Assembly (NCBI GenBank): GCA_902624885.1
Contig: CACNZU010000003.1
Span: 10,142 to 74,141 of the forward strand
Origin: an uncultured Pelagibacteraceae bacterium
Lineage (GTDB): Bacteria; Pseudomonadota; Alphaproteobacteria; Pelagibacterales; Pelagibacteraceae
Length of the DNA stretch: 64,000 nt
Direction of reading: 5' to 3'
Part shown: positions 63,742-64,000 of the stretch, one piece after another
How positions within the stretch are numbered: position 1 is the first letter of the stretch
Layout: each line of letters opens with the position of its first letter
The notes under the pieces: model-generated
The model's database searches: none
What the model was told of the DNA's origin: nothing
What the model saw: only the letters and a program-made list of their open reading frames with translations
Made by a program: the position numbers and the translations under genes

Positions 63742-64000
63742 ATGTCTAACTTTGTCTTTTATGATTTTGAGACCAGTTCATCTAATAAATATTGGGGCCA
63801 AATAATACAAATTGGAGCTGTATTAACTAATGATAATTTAGATGAACTAGATCGTTTTGATGCTAGGTGTAGATTAAGTCCTGGAATAATTCCGGAAGCT
63901 ATGGCGCTGATTGTGAACAAGACCTCACCCTCAATGCTAAAAAAATCCAACCTTTCTCATTATCAAATGATTAGGCAGTTTGTTGAAACACTTAAAAGAT
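63742..64000 (+). CDS. sbcB: Exodeoxyribonuclease I-like DEDDh exonuclease (partial)
   Basis: Not in the ORF track. MSNFVFYDFETSS...QIIQIGAVLTNDNL...RCRL.PGIIP..A, open to the window end. Confidence 0.75.
   Translation, partial: MSNFVFYDFETSSSNKYWGQIIQIGAVLTNDNLDELDRFDARCRLSPGIIPEAMALIVNKTSPSMLKKSNLSHYQMIRQFVETLKR

Overview
Very AT-rich (roughly 30% GC by eye), gene-dense window with tiny intergenic spacers. Gene content and order point to a streamlined marine alphaproteobacterium of the SAR11/Candidatus Pelagibacter type (inference). It is mostly core genome: fabI-fabB-fabA, irr-katG, moeB-dut-coaBC-ubiB-ubiE, mutM, rpsT, dnaA-dnaN-gyrB (no recF), regB/regA split by a polyamine operon, bioY, polA-chvI-chvG-ahcY-tsaE-amgK-murU, an RND pump, purine salvage, ibpA, ptrB, cfa, purEK, and an rlmN-like/ADP-ribosylhydrolase/rmuC/sbcB run. 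I found no tRNA, rRNA, CRISPR array or mobile element. The most notable signals are: (i) a GC-rich, multi-stem, switch-like RNA leader in front of a 63-aa basic orphan gene, directly upstream of an RlmN-like enzyme with altered catalytic motifs and a SelJ/J1-crystallin-type hydrolase; (ii) an unannotated 16-aa leader peptide overlapping a terminator ahead of the polyamine operon; (iii) Irr (ICE) boxes before irr, katG and fabA; (iv) an RND adaptor lacking its alpha-hairpin; (v) a sigma32 promoter plus ROSE thermometer before ibpA; and (vi) several small ORFs missing from the supplied ORF track. All protein calls come from motif recognition, not database searches.
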